A DNA stretch of 64,000 nt, from contig CALRBE010000001.1 in assembly GCA_943354005.1 (NCBI GenBank), forward strand, positions 64,147 through 128,146, in the 5' to 3' direction. Within the stretch, counting starts at the first letter, position 1, and each line of letters opens with the position of its first letter. Shown piece after piece: positions 17,538 to 26,653 of the stretch. A program made the position numbers and the translations under genes. This DNA comes from an uncultured Candidatus Saccharimonas sp. (lineage in GTDB: Bacteria; Patescibacteriota; Saccharimonadia; Saccharimonadales; AWTP1-31). The notes under the pieces are model-generated. The model saw only the letters and a list, made by a program, of their open reading frames with translations. It made no database searches and was not told where the DNA came from.

Positions 17538-18074
17538 CTAAGAGCGAATACGTGAAGCAAATTTTTTACGAAGCTTTTTGAGCTTTGGATTAATTATTAC
17601 TTGGCAGTAGGCAGATTCAGGATGCTGCGCAAAGAAATCCTGATGTTCTTGCTCAGCCATATAAAACGTCTGTAATGGAAGAATCTCAGTTACAATTGGA
17701 TCGTCCCAGACGGCTGAATTATCATTCATCGATTTTTCAGCTATGTTTTTTTGCTCTTCATTACTGTAAAGAATTATAGAACGATACTGTGTACCGACAT
17801 CGTTGCCCTGCTTGTTTAGTGTAGTAGGGTCATGTAGGGCCCAGAAAATATCAAGTAAATCTTTTAGCTTTATTTTGTCGGTATCAAAAGTTATTCTGAC
17901 AACCTCAGCATGCCCGGTTTCACCAGTACAAACTTGGTCATATGACGGGTCTTTGACATTACCTCCAGAATAACCTGTTTCTACGCTCAAAACGCCTTCA
18001 ATAAGGCGGTAGCCCGCATCAAGACACCAGGAGCATCCACCGCCGAGCACAATCGATTCCTTGTGTGCTGCCAT
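17538..18074 (-). CDS. msrA: peptide-methionine (S)-S-oxide reductase
   Basis: 178 aa. Active-site motif GGGCSWC and conserved HDPTTLNKQGNDVGTQYRS. Confidence 0.93.
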   Translation of the reverse strand: MAAHKESIVLGGGCSWCLDAGYRLIEGVLSVETGYSGGNVKDPSYDQVCTGETGHAEVVRITFDTDKIKLKDLLDIFWALHDPTTLNKQGNDVGTQYRSIILYSNEEQKNIAEKSMNDNSAVWDDPIVTEILPLQTFYMAEQEHQDFFAQHPESAYCQVIINPKLKKLRKKFASRIRS

Positions 18075-18078
18075 GGAT

Positions 18079-18381
18079 CTATTCCTCTACGCTTACATCT
18101 CGCCAAAAAGCAACGTAATTTGAAAAATCTTTTTTGACTCGCTCTATTGCTGAAGGTTTTGGACTTGGGTAGCTAAAGGCATTATCCTGACTTAAATGTT
18201 CCTTTTGCCCTACGTTAAAGTACTGACATTCGCCCTTCCATGGACAAGTATATGGAGTCGGGCTTTTATGTAAGTATTCTTTCTTAACAGACGAAGGTGG
18301 AAAATACCAGTTTCCTTCAATATATATAAGATCTTCCTTCTTTGCTTCAGCTATTACTATATTGTTCCAAATTGCTTTCAT
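18079..18381 (-). CDS. DUF427 domain protein
   Basis: 100 aa. Pattern IVIAEAKKEDLIYIEGNWYFPPSSV ... TCPWKGECQYFNV is typical of DUF427. Confidence 0.7.
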   Translation of the reverse strand: MKAIWNNIVIAEAKKEDLIYIEGNWYFPPSSVKKEYLHKSPTPYTCPWKGECQYFNVGQKEHLSQDNAFSYPSPKPSAIERVKKDFSNYVAFWRDVSVEE

Positions 18382-18406
18382 AAAACCCCTTTTTTATTAA
18401 TCTTAA

Positions 18407-19765
18407 TTATTCGGTTCGAAGTGCCTCTATAGGATCAAGCTTAGCAGCTTTACGTGCTGGTAATAGCCCTGCAAAAATAGCGACGAGAACGAGCAATACA
18501 ATGAGTATTGCTATCTGATTAGCCTTAAATATAAGGAGCTTCTGTGTGCCAAAATCTAATTTATTAGTAATCCATGGGTTTAATAATGTTCCCAATACGA
18601 CTGCAAGTCCTGAGCCAATAGCTCCTCCTAGAAAGCCAATCCAAGCTGCCTCGAAGCGGAATAATCGACTAACGTCCTTGCGACGCATTCCAAGCGCTTT
18701 CATGAGCCCTATCTCACGCGTCCGTTGAATGACACTGATGTACATAGTATTTACTACTCCAAAAACTGATGCAATTATCGCGATAAGACCAAAGGCTACA
18801 ACAATTGTCTTTAAGACATTAATAATTTGCGTCAGGAATTGCTGTGTCTCTTCAACGCTCTGAGAAACAAAACCATCTTTACTTAGTTGTTCCTGAACTT
18901 TTAGTAGATTGGCCTTATCCTCACCATCCTTTACCTTAACGTTAACTCTAGTATATTGCCGATACTGCGATGTTCCAGCCGTAGCGATATCATTCAGGTT
19001 TTTAGCAGCTTGCGTACTTATCTGCAACGATAGCTCTGTTCCAGGTTGAGCAGGCTCAGACTTCAAAACAGCAACTACCTTAAAAGGAACTAGTACTGTA
19101 CTCTTATCTCCAATCACCTCTGCATCTTGTAGGTTACGAGGAGCGGTACCTGTCTCAACGATCTGTGAACTCAAAGATTTCCTAATTGCTATGGTAAGTT
19201 CCTTGCCTATTGCACTTTGTGGGTCTTTGAAGCCAAGAGCTGATACGTAAGCTTCTGGCAGGAGCAATGAAGTGTTGTTAATTGGCTTAGGTATTGAACC
19301 TGCTAGTATCTCAGGATTGCGAGCAGGACTATAGTCCTGTATATTGGCTATGTACTTTTTTTGACCCGGGCGAGTAACGTACTGAACGTTAAGAATAACT
19401 CCTTCACGAACCTGTTCAACTAACGGGTACTTAAGAATCTTGTTTACATCCTGTTCTGTGACTTGCTTAACTTGAATTGGTGCACCGCTAGCAGAAGATA
19501 TAGACCCGAAAGAAGCATCATACTCTTGTGGCTTATTATTATCTCCACGACCAAATATAGTTTCGTCTTTAGCAACTAATAGCTCTGTAGGGTCAAAGTT
19601 ATTGCTAATGAGGCGATTTACATAGGATTGTGCACCGTTACTTGCAGCTAGTGTCATCGTAAGAGCAAAGGCCCCAACACCAATTGCCATTGCTGTTAAT
19701 AATGTTCGAGCTTTTGCTTGTTTTAAATTACGGGCGCTTCTTTGTGAGACATCAAAAATTTTCAT
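18407..19765 (-). CDS. ABC transporter permease, MacB/FtsX-like
   Basis: 452 aa. One TM, a ~270 aa extracytoplasmic domain, three C-terminal TMs, and the terminal motif PARKAAKLDPIEALR. Confidence 0.85.
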   Translation of the reverse strand: MKIFDVSQRSARNLKQAKARTLLTAMAIGVGAFALTMTLAASNGAQSYVNRLISNNFDPTELLVAKDETIFGRGDNNKPQEYDASFGSISSASGAPIQVKQVTEQDVNKILKYPLVEQVREGVILNVQYVTRPGQKKYIANIQDYSPARNPEILAGSIPKPINNTSLLLPEAYVSALGFKDPQSAIGKELTIAIRKSLSSQIVETGTAPRNLQDAEVIGDKSTVLVPFKVVAVLKSEPAQPGTELSLQISTQAAKNLNDIATAGTSQYRQYTRVNVKVKDGEDKANLLKVQEQLSKDGFVSQSVEETQQFLTQIINVLKTIVVAFGLIAIIASVFGVVNTMYISVIQRTREIGLMKALGMRRKDVSRLFRFEAAWIGFLGGAIGSGLAVVLGTLLNPWITNKLDFGTQKLLIFKANQIAILIVLLVLVAIFAGLLPARKAAKLDPIEALRTE

Positions 19766-19767
19766 TG

Positions 19768-20454
19768 CTATTTACTTACCTTTTTATTTTCGGCAAAGTG
19801 CACAACTTTTCCATCTTTTAATGTAATTCGGTATTGGCAGCGATCAGCAAGCTCATTATCATGAGTTACTACAATTAAAGTGTTCTTATTTAGTCTATTG
19901 AGCTTAAAAAGTAATTTTATGATCATTTCTCCAGTAGAGCTGTCTAGATTACCGGTTGGCTCATCCGCAAAAATTAGTTTTGGTTTGTTTACAATAGCCC
20001 GTGCGATTGCTAATCTCTGCTTCTGGCCACCAGAAAGGTTTCCTGCTTTAGCATCGATCTTATCTTTAAGTCCAACTTGTCCGAGAGCATCCTCTATCCT
20101 TATCTTTCGTTGACCTTCCTCGGCTATCTCAAGGGGTAATGATACGTTCTGATAGCAAGTCTGATTAGCCTCTACGAAGAAAGCTTGAAAAATGAAGCTC
20201 ATTTCAGTTGACCTAAATTTATCCATTTTACGACCTTTAAGCTTATGCAGCTCCTGATCGCCAATCATCACTGCGCCTGAGTCAGGATGGTCAAGACCAC
20301 TCATGATATGCATGAGTGTTGATTTTCCTGAACCGCTCTTCCCTACTATAGCTACAGTTGAGCCTTCAGGAATGCTAAAACTTACGTTACTTAGCGCCTT
20401 AAAAAGGCTATCTTTTTTACCATATGTTTTTACAATGTTTTTTACTGAAATCAT
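19768..20454 (-). CDS. ABC transporter ATP-binding protein (MacB/LolD-like)
   Basis: 228 aa. Walker A GKSGSGKST, signature LSGGQKQR, Walker B LIFADEPT. Confidence 0.9.
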   Translation of the reverse strand: MISVKNIVKTYGKKDSLFKALSNVSFSIPEGSTVAIVGKSGSGKSTLMHIMSGLDHPDSGAVMIGDQELHKLKGRKMDKFRSTEMSFIFQAFFVEANQTCYQNVSLPLEIAEEGQRKIRIEDALGQVGLKDKIDAKAGNLSGGQKQRLAIARAIVNKPKLIFADEPTGNLDSSTGEMIIKLLFKLNRLNKNTLIVVTHDNELADRCQYRITLKDGKVVHFAENKKVSK

Positions 20455-20492
20455 TAGTATAAGTATACCACTGGGGTAAATGAATCTATAAA

Positions 20493-22013
20493 CTATTTAG
20501 ATAGTTTAAGGTCTGGGTAGATAGTTTTAGTAACTTCATCGACTTCGCTACGTAGCTGAGGAAAAGGAACACCTTCTCTTGCAGATACATTTTCAAAAAT
20601 CCAAAATACACGCTCGCTAAAGCCCCAGCCACAAGCTGGTGGCATGCCATATTCGAGCATTTCAACATAATCAATATCGAGCATCATAGCTTCGTCGTCT
20701 CCAGCGTCACGCATGTTCTGTTGTTCTGTGAATCGATTAAGCTGATCAATAGGATCATTTAGCTCTGTAAATCCATTTCCAAGCTCACTACCCGCGATAA
20801 CTGGCTGGAATCTCTGTACTGTATCTGGATTTTCAGGGTTTATTTTAGCAAGTGGGCTAATGAATAGTGGTGTATTAATAAGCCAAACTGGTCCGGCTAC
20901 ATCTTTACGAATATTTTTCCATAGTTTATCGATTCCACGAGCCTTGTTTTCAGTCTGAGCTACTTCTAACTTATGGTCCTTTAGCGCACTCTTCACTTCA
21001 TCTAGTGTGCAGTTGAATACGTCAATACCGTATTTGTTTTTAATAACTTCAGCATAGTCCCATTGCTCCCAATCCTTAGATAGATCAACATCAAATTCAC
21101 CAATCTTAAATTTAAGAGTTCCGAAAGTCTTTTCAATTACGTGACGATACATATCCGTCATAAACGCGATCCCGTCCTGCCAGTCAGCGTATGCCCAATA
21201 CCACTCCATGGCTATGTGCTCAGGTAGATGCTCGTCAGTATAGTTTTCGTTCCTAAAGCGCGGACCAATGTCGTATACCTTATTGTAACCACCGCCAACT
21301 AATCGCTTAAGAGGCAGCTCATGACTGATTCGTAAGTAGAAGTCTTGATCAATAGCATCCATATGGGTCACGAAAGGATTAGCGTCAGCTCCTCCTGTTG
21401 TATGTTCTAGAACAGGAACATTAATTTCTATAAAATCATTTTTATTCAGAAAGTCTCTTGTAGCTTGCCAGAATTTAGATCGACGGATGAATCGATTATA
21501 GACGTCTTGATTAACGTTGGTATCTATATAACGTCGACGTAATCGTTCTTCTTTATTAGAAAACCCGTCTTGTGCAGTTGGCATTGGACGTAGGCTTTTT
21601 GAGAGTAACCGTAGTGAGTTCACAGTAATCGACTGTTCACCAGTTTTAGTTGTTGCAGCTATACCAGTAACCTCAATGAAGTCACCTGAATCTAGAAGGT
21701 TAATATTCTCAAACTTAAGCTCACTATTTAAGTAATCTACTTCCTGCATACTTGCTTCGTTAAGGAAAACTTGCATTGTAGCGTGCGCATCTTTGATAAC
21801 AATAAAGGCAATCTTTCCAAATTTTCGGATCGCAGTTATTCTACCGGCCGTTGTTACATTACTTCCCTTTTTTTCAAGTTCAGGATAGTTTGCAAGAACC
21901 TGAGATACTGCATGAGTTATTTGAGATTTAGCAGGGTATGGATTTATCCCGAGATTTTTTAAATCATCGAGTTTACGTAGTCTTTCGTTTCGTAGTTCTT
22001 TGAGTGTAGCCAT
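20493..22013 (-). CDS. lysS: lysyl-tRNA synthetase, class II
   Basis: 506 aa from MATLKELRNERLRKL at 22013; the track ORF starts 10 codons earlier. OB-fold anticodon-binding domain and class II core (GPRFRNENYTDEHLPE, GSELGNGFTELNDP). Confidence 0.95.
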   Translation of the reverse strand: MATLKELRNERLRKLDDLKNLGINPYPAKSQITHAVSQVLANYPELEKKGSNVTTAGRITAIRKFGKIAFIVIKDAHATMQVFLNEASMQEVDYLNSELKFENINLLDSGDFIEVTGIAATTKTGEQSITVNSLRLLSKSLRPMPTAQDGFSNKEERLRRRYIDTNVNQDVYNRFIRRSKFWQATRDFLNKNDFIEINVPVLEHTTGGADANPFVTHMDAIDQDFYLRISHELPLKRLVGGGYNKVYDIGPRFRNENYTDEHLPEHIAMEWYWAYADWQDGIAFMTDMYRHVIEKTFGTLKFKIGEFDVDLSKDWEQWDYAEVIKNKYGIDVFNCTLDEVKSALKDHKLEVAQTENKARGIDKLWKNIRKDVAGPVWLINTPLFISPLAKINPENPDTVQRFQPVIAGSELGNGFTELNDPIDQLNRFTEQQNMRDAGDDEAMMLDIDYVEMLEYGMPPACGWGFSERVFWIFENVSAREGVPFPQLRSEVDEVTKTIYPDLKLSK

Positions 22014-22078
22014 TAGATCACAGTATAACTTCTTTCGTGGCATCAGCCAAGAACAAGCTGTAGACTTAGCTCTGTTAT
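21984..22078. repeat. 95-bp direct repeat, copy 1 (lysS promoter, start and first 10 codons)
   Basis: Identical to 23006-23100 except one base (g at 22037 versus a at 23059). Contains TTGGCT-17-TATACT on the minus strand (22045-22050 and 22022-22027) and the lysS ATG at 22013. Confidence 0.9.
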
Positions 22079-22190
22079 CTTATAATGCGTTGTTTCTGCA
22101 GGTAAAATAATTTGTACAAATTCAGTAACCGAATCGGCAAAATCTTTTTCCAGTTCGTTTAAGCCATATTTGCTGAGTCAGTTTTTGGCA
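22075..22190 (-). pseudogene. decayed greA remnant with internal deletion
   Basis: An exact 17-mer, gcgttgtttctgcaggt, is shared with the greA 3' end. The segment ttcagtaaccgaatcggcaaaatctttttccagttcgtt closely matches the greA 5' region near 23487-23527. About 330 bp of greA is missing and there is no intact ORF. Confidence 0.6.
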
Positions 22191-22216
22191 AAAGAACTAT
22201 ATCGCACGGAATGCTA

Positions 22217-23035
22217 TCAGCTATTATTTACTATACCCAGTAAATCTTCGTGAATAACACCGTTAGAAATTATTACGCCTCCAGTTAGCTCCTCATTAAA
22301 ACGATGATCTAAACCTTTCGCATTCGTTAGTCTACCGCCAGCTTCCTCGACAATGAGTTTAACAGCCGCCATATCCCAAGGTTGGATTGTTTCTGGCCAG
22401 ATTGTACCATCAGATAGTCCTTGTGCGATAAGAACACCCTTGAAAACGCCGCCATGAATAATGTTTGTTTGGTAGGCTTCTTTCGCAAGTCGTTCATACA
22501 TAGCTTGTCTTGAGTAAAGCCACTTTAGACCTGTCGGGAATGCTAGCCAAGCCTCGCTCATTTTACGTGAGCTTACGTGTATTGGCTTACCGTCAAAATA
22601 TGCACCGCCATCTTTTGTCGCCCAGAAAATACCGCCATTGGCTAAGTCGCCAGCAACCGCCACTACGGGCTTGCCGTTTTCAACCAAAGCAAGTGAAAAC
22701 ATAAAAGTAGGCTCGCCCATAGAAAATGCAATCGTGCCGTCAATTGGGTCGCAAACCCATAAGTATTCTTTATCTGTTTGCCAAGATTTCTCTTCGCCCA
22801 AAACACCGTGCTCAGGAAAATGCTCTTTAACCTTATTAATAACCAGCTGATTAATTTTTTCATCAGCGATAGTAACGGGCGATGTGTCGCTCTTCGTCAC
22901 AAACTTTAAGTCAGTTTTGTAGTATTGCGAGCTTATTTTTCGGGCATCCTCGGCAACCATCTTGGCAAATTGCAGGGCGTCGTCGTATTTATTAATCTTT
23001 TGCCCTTCGTTTCGTAGTTCTTTGAGTGTAGCCAT
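22217..23035 (-). CDS. inositol monophosphatase family protein (SuhB/HisN-like) with a lysS-derived N-terminus
   Basis: 272 aa. Metal-binding GEE (VLGEEKS) and WVCDPIDGT motifs. The first 10 codons, MATLKELRNE, are nucleotide-identical to the lysS start. Confidence 0.85.
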   Translation of the reverse strand: MATLKELRNEGQKINKYDDALQFAKMVAEDARKISSQYYKTDLKFVTKSDTSPVTIADEKINQLVINKVKEHFPEHGVLGEEKSWQTDKEYLWVCDPIDGTIAFSMGEPTFMFSLALVENGKPVVAVAGDLANGGIFWATKDGGAYFDGKPIHVSSRKMSEAWLAFPTGLKWLYSRQAMYERLAKEAYQTNIIHGGVFKGVLIAQGLSDGTIWPETIQPWDMAAVKLIVEEAGGRLTNAKGLDHRFNEELTGGVIISNGVIHEDLLGIVNNS

Positions 23036-23100
23036 TAGATCACAGTATAACTTCTTTCATGGCATCAGCCAAGAACAAGCTGTAGACTTAGCTCTGTTAT
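23006..23100. repeat. 95-bp direct repeat, copy 2
   Basis: See copy 1; the offset is 1022 bp. It spans the greA stop codon (23097-23099), a promoter-like TTGGCT-17-TATACT, and the IMPase-family start at 23035. Confidence 0.9.
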
Positions 23101-23558
23101 GCTATATCAGTTATCTTGTAGTGCGTTGTTTCTGCAGGTGTGACAATTTCTACGTGTTCACCAACTTTTTTTCCGAGAAGCGCCATACCAATTGGAGATT
23201 CATCTGATATCTTGCCATTCATTGGATCTGCTTCAACAGTTCCAACAACTTGAAATGCTTTTACGCTACCCTTTTCGCTCTTCATTTTAACTGAAGATCC
23301 GATTTGAACTTTACTATCGCCCTTAGGCTTCTTAATGACTTCAACGTTTTGTAAGATATTTTCTATCTCAGATATGCGAGTCTCAGTACGTTCTTGTTCT
23401 TGACGTGCAGAACTATACTCAGCGTTCTCTGAAAGATCACCAAATTCACGTGCAGTTTTAATGCGCTCAGCTATTGGGCCACGTTCAGCAACCAAATCGG
23501 CAAACTCTTTTTCCAGTTCGTTGATGCCTTCTTGTGTTAATAAGTATTGTTTTTTCAT
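23097..23558 (-). CDS. greA: transcription elongation factor GreA
   Basis: 153 aa. N-terminal coiled coil with acidic tip (GDLSENAEY) and a C-terminal globular domain. Confidence 0.93.
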   Translation of the reverse strand: MKKQYLLTQEGINELEKEFADLVAERGPIAERIKTAREFGDLSENAEYSSARQEQERTETRISEIENILQNVEVIKKPKGDSKVQIGSSVKMKSEKGSVKAFQVVGTVEADPMNGKISDESPIGMALLGKKVGEHVEIVTPAETTHYKITDIA

Positions 23559-23609
23559 AATTTATTCCTCTATTTCATCTATTGAATGTCTATTTAGGTG
23601 CTGGCTCGA

Positions 23610-24869
23610 TTACGATCCTACTGTAGCCAGGTATTCTAGTATACCATCATTGTCGAGCATTTTATTATCGGATTCCGTTCTTGCTTTAAGCTCATGCTTT
23701 CCGCTCTGACAGGTCTTTTCGCTGACTACAATTCTGTATGGAATTCCCATAAGATCAGCGTCGGCAAATTTCTGTCCGGCACGGACGTCTCTATCATCGT
23801 AAAACACTTCAATGCCGCGTTTACGCATATCATCGTACAGTTTATCTGAAGCCTTTACCACTTCTACGTCCTCACTTAATCGTGCTAGGTAGACTTTTGC
23901 AGGAGCAATTTGTGCTGGCCACACTAAACCTTTATCGTCGGCAAGTTTTTCAGCAATAACTCCCATAAGTCTACTAACACCGATACCGTATGAACCAAGG
24001 TGGACAAATTTCTTATCTCCCTTTTCGTCAGTATAGGTTAAGTCCATTTGTTCACTCTTATCGGTGCCAAAGTTGAAGATGTTTGCTACTTCACTACTCT
24101 TTACTTTTTCAAGCTCATCGCGAGTGATACCAAGCTTCTGAAGAGTTTCATCGTCAAGCACTTCTTCATTAATCGCGATATTCTTCTTTCGATGAATGTA
24201 AATAATATCCTCACCGGTTTCACATACTGTCTGGAATTCATGACTAAACTTAGTGAATGATCCACCGCTCGCAAAAGTTACATATGTATCATCTCCGAGT
24301 CCAAGTCTTTCAAAAACACGTACGTAGGCATCCATTACACCGTTATAGATCTTGTCGTGTTGAGTAGCATCGATTGAAGCTGTATACATATCATTCATAA
24401 AAAACTCACGGCCTCGCATAATACCGCTCTTTGATCTTAGCTCATTGCGAAGCTTTGTCTGGAACTGATAGACATTCACTGGAAGATCCTTATAGCTACT
24501 GATAAATGGTTTCATCATTTCTATAATTGGCTCTTCGTGAGTCCAGCCAAGTCCAATTTCAGTTCCATCTTTTAATTTTGTCTTAAACCATACGTCAACA
24601 ACATCATCATTCCAGCGAGTTGTAACTTCCCATTTTTCTCGAGCTTGCAGGCTTGTCATAATGAGCTCCTGCCCACCAATGGCATTCATTTCCTCTCTAA
24701 TGATTGTTTTAATGTTTTCAATAACTTTAAGTCCTAGTGGAAGAAATGCGTAGACTCCAGCCATTTCTTTATGAATAAATCCTGCTTGAATCAATAGTTG
24801 AGCATTACGAGCAGTTTCATTTGCTGGTGCATTTTTTGTCGTTTTGGTAAAAAGTTGGCTTGCTTTCAT
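23610..24869 (-). CDS. proS: prolyl-tRNA synthetase (short form, apparently lacking the INS editing domain)
   Basis: 419 aa. Bacterial-type N-terminus (MKASQLFTKTTKNAPANETARNAQLLIQAGF), class II motifs and a C-terminal anticodon-binding domain. It is about 150 aa shorter than canonical bacterial ProRS. Confidence 0.88.
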   Translation of the reverse strand: MKASQLFTKTTKNAPANETARNAQLLIQAGFIHKEMAGVYAFLPLGLKVIENIKTIIREEMNAIGGQELIMTSLQAREKWEVTTRWNDDVVDVWFKTKLKDGTEIGLGWTHEEPIIEMMKPFISSYKDLPVNVYQFQTKLRNELRSKSGIMRGREFFMNDMYTASIDATQHDKIYNGVMDAYVRVFERLGLGDDTYVTFASGGSFTKFSHEFQTVCETGEDIIYIHRKKNIAINEEVLDDETLQKLGITRDELEKVKSSEVANIFNFGTDKSEQMDLTYTDEKGDKKFVHLGSYGIGVSRLMGVIAEKLADDKGLVWPAQIAPAKVYLARLSEDVEVVKASDKLYDDMRKRGIEVFYDDRDVRAGQKFADADLMGIPYRIVVSEKTCQSGKHELKARTESDNKMLDNDGILEYLATVGS

Positions 24870-24890
24870 GAATTCTCCTTAGTATGTATC

Positions 24891-25673
24891 TTACCTGACT
24901 TCGGCCGCCTTTGCGACAAAATGAGTACCGGACTTTCCGTCCATAATAATTTTAGGGTCTTTTTGTGCATTCCCAACGTATACGTCTATACCTGCACTCG
25001 CAGCACTAATAGCGGCCTCAACTTTTGCTGATATACCACCGGTGCCTTGACTGGATTGCTCTGATCGCATCTTAGCCATAGACCTTACTACTGACCAGTT
25101 TGTATGTCTGATACTTTCATATTCAGATTGATCATTTCGCTTAATACCACCCGAATCGTTTAATAAGCAAAGGGCCTTGGCGCCAATTGTTCGTGCGATA
25201 TGGGAGGCTAGACCATCGTTCTCGCCACCGTATTTAAGTAAAGCAAGTTCTTGAATACTTAGAGCATCATTCTCGTTACAAATTGGAATAATATCAGACT
25301 CCAATGATTGTCGTATAGACGAAACAACAACCGAACCCTCTTCAATATCATCTAGTTCTCGGTGCGTTACCAGTAATTGACCCGCAGCCCTACCAAAATA
25401 AGCCAAACTATCCTGCCAAGCACTTACTATTCGTCCACTACCCTGCATGGCAAATGATTGCTTGGAAGGCTCCAAATTGTCATTCTCACTATGTAGAGTC
25501 TCCCAATAGGCTTTTCCTGCTGCTACGGCTCCAGAACTGACAATAACGACACTATAATCATCCATGAGTGAATCAACGTAGTTAGAATATGTATAAAGAC
25601 GTGACATATCAATGCCTTCAGCATTAGTCACGGATGAAGATCCATATTTTAAAACTATTATTTCTTTTTCCAT
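24891..25673 (-). CDS. proB: glutamate 5-kinase-like amino acid kinase (no PUA domain)
   Basis: 260 aa. Blocks match ProB: VLKYGSSSV, VIVSSGAVAAGK, PICNENDALS, GENDGLAS, GTGGISAKVEAA. Confidence 0.78.
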   Translation of the reverse strand: MEKEIIVLKYGSSSVTNAEGIDMSRLYTYSNYVDSLMDDYSVVIVSSGAVAAGKAYWETLHSENDNLEPSKQSFAMQGSGRIVSAWQDSLAYFGRAAGQLLVTHRELDDIEEGSVVVSSIRQSLESDIIPICNENDALSIQELALLKYGGENDGLASHIARTIGAKALCLLNDSGGIKRNDQSEYESIRHTNWSVVRSMAKMRSEQSSQGTGGISAKVEAAISAASAGIDVYVGNAQKDPKIIMDGKSGTHFVAKAAEVR

Positions 25674-25690
25674 TATTATATTCCTAACAT

Positions 25691-25716
25691 TAAAAAATCG
25701 GTCCTGAGACCGATTT
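25691..25716 (-). terminator. rho-independent terminator
   Basis: Minus-strand hairpin aatcggtc-tcag-gaccgatt followed by a T-run. Downstream of the CPBP protease gene. Confidence 0.7.
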
Positions 25717-25818
25717 GTAAAATTTTGACATACAGACTCAAGCTTCAGGGTTATTGAAGTCGCGGGAACTGTCGTACAAAATTAATATTTATCATTTATA
25801 TATTATACCATGAAATTA

Positions 25819-26643
25819 TTATTTTGTTGTAAATACAAAGAGTGCTAGAAACGCGATGAAGTTCTTGAGCCCATGCAAAAAGATTGAGGCCCATAGACTG
25901 CCTGTTTTTTCCTTTAAGTAAATAAGGAATAGAGATAGGGTGAAGGTGTCTATTGCTGCGATCCATAAGAGAGGCGCGCCTGAACCGAATTGCAGGTGCG
26001 CAATTGCAAATAAGGCAGAGGTAATAAAAACTGCAAGGTAGCGATTCGTGCCTTTTTTAAGACCCGTATACAAGAATCCTCGTGCTATTGTCTCTTCGAG
26101 TAGCGGTGGTATTATCACTAGGCTAATAAACACGAGTGGCAGCTGGCTTCTACTAAGAGTATCGAAACCAACTTGCTGTTCTTGTTCGACGTTGAGTGAA
26201 GGTACGAAGGACTTTATAATGGAAACAAACGCTATATATACAGCGAAGTATGCGACCAAAGCACCGAGAGCATATGCAACGTCTTTTAGTTTTGGTGCCC
26301 GTGAATATCCAAGTTGTTTTAGTGAGGTACCCCGCTGCTTTAAAAAGAATATCAGCAAACCAATACTGACAGATGCCGTTAGTACTATGAATAAGAATTG
26401 GCCTATCGTATCATCGCTAAGCCAGTCCAGAACCTGCTTCTGTCCACCCCCTCCGAGACTTGCTAATACGTATGCTAGAAAACCTCCGATGATTTGTCCT
26501 GCAAAAAAAATAAATAGGGTAACGCTAACTGATTCAAGTGGTGAGTATGGAAACTTGCCATCGTCTTCCTTGCGACGGCGGGCAAAGGCAAAGATGCCAT
26601 ACAGAGCGAGGAGTAATATTGGAGTTAATAAGCTAAGCTTCAT
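25819..26643 (-). CDS. CPBP family intramembrane glutamic endopeptidase (CAAX/Abi)
   Basis: 274 aa polytopic membrane protein. Motifs EExxxR (LLEETIARGF), FxxxH (FAIAHL) and HxxxN (HGLKNF). Confidence 0.85.
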   Translation of the reverse strand: MKLSLLTPILLLALYGIFAFARRRKEDDGKFPYSPLESVSVTLFIFFAGQIIGGFLAYVLASLGGGGQKQVLDWLSDDTIGQFLFIVLTASVSIGLLIFFLKQRGTSLKQLGYSRAPKLKDVAYALGALVAYFAVYIAFVSIIKSFVPSLNVEQEQQVGFDTLSRSQLPLVFISLVIIPPLLEETIARGFLYTGLKKGTNRYLAVFITSALFAIAHLQFGSGAPLLWIAAIDTFTLSLFLIYLKEKTGSLWASIFLHGLKNFIAFLALFVFTTK

Positions 26644-26653
26644 AACTAACTCC

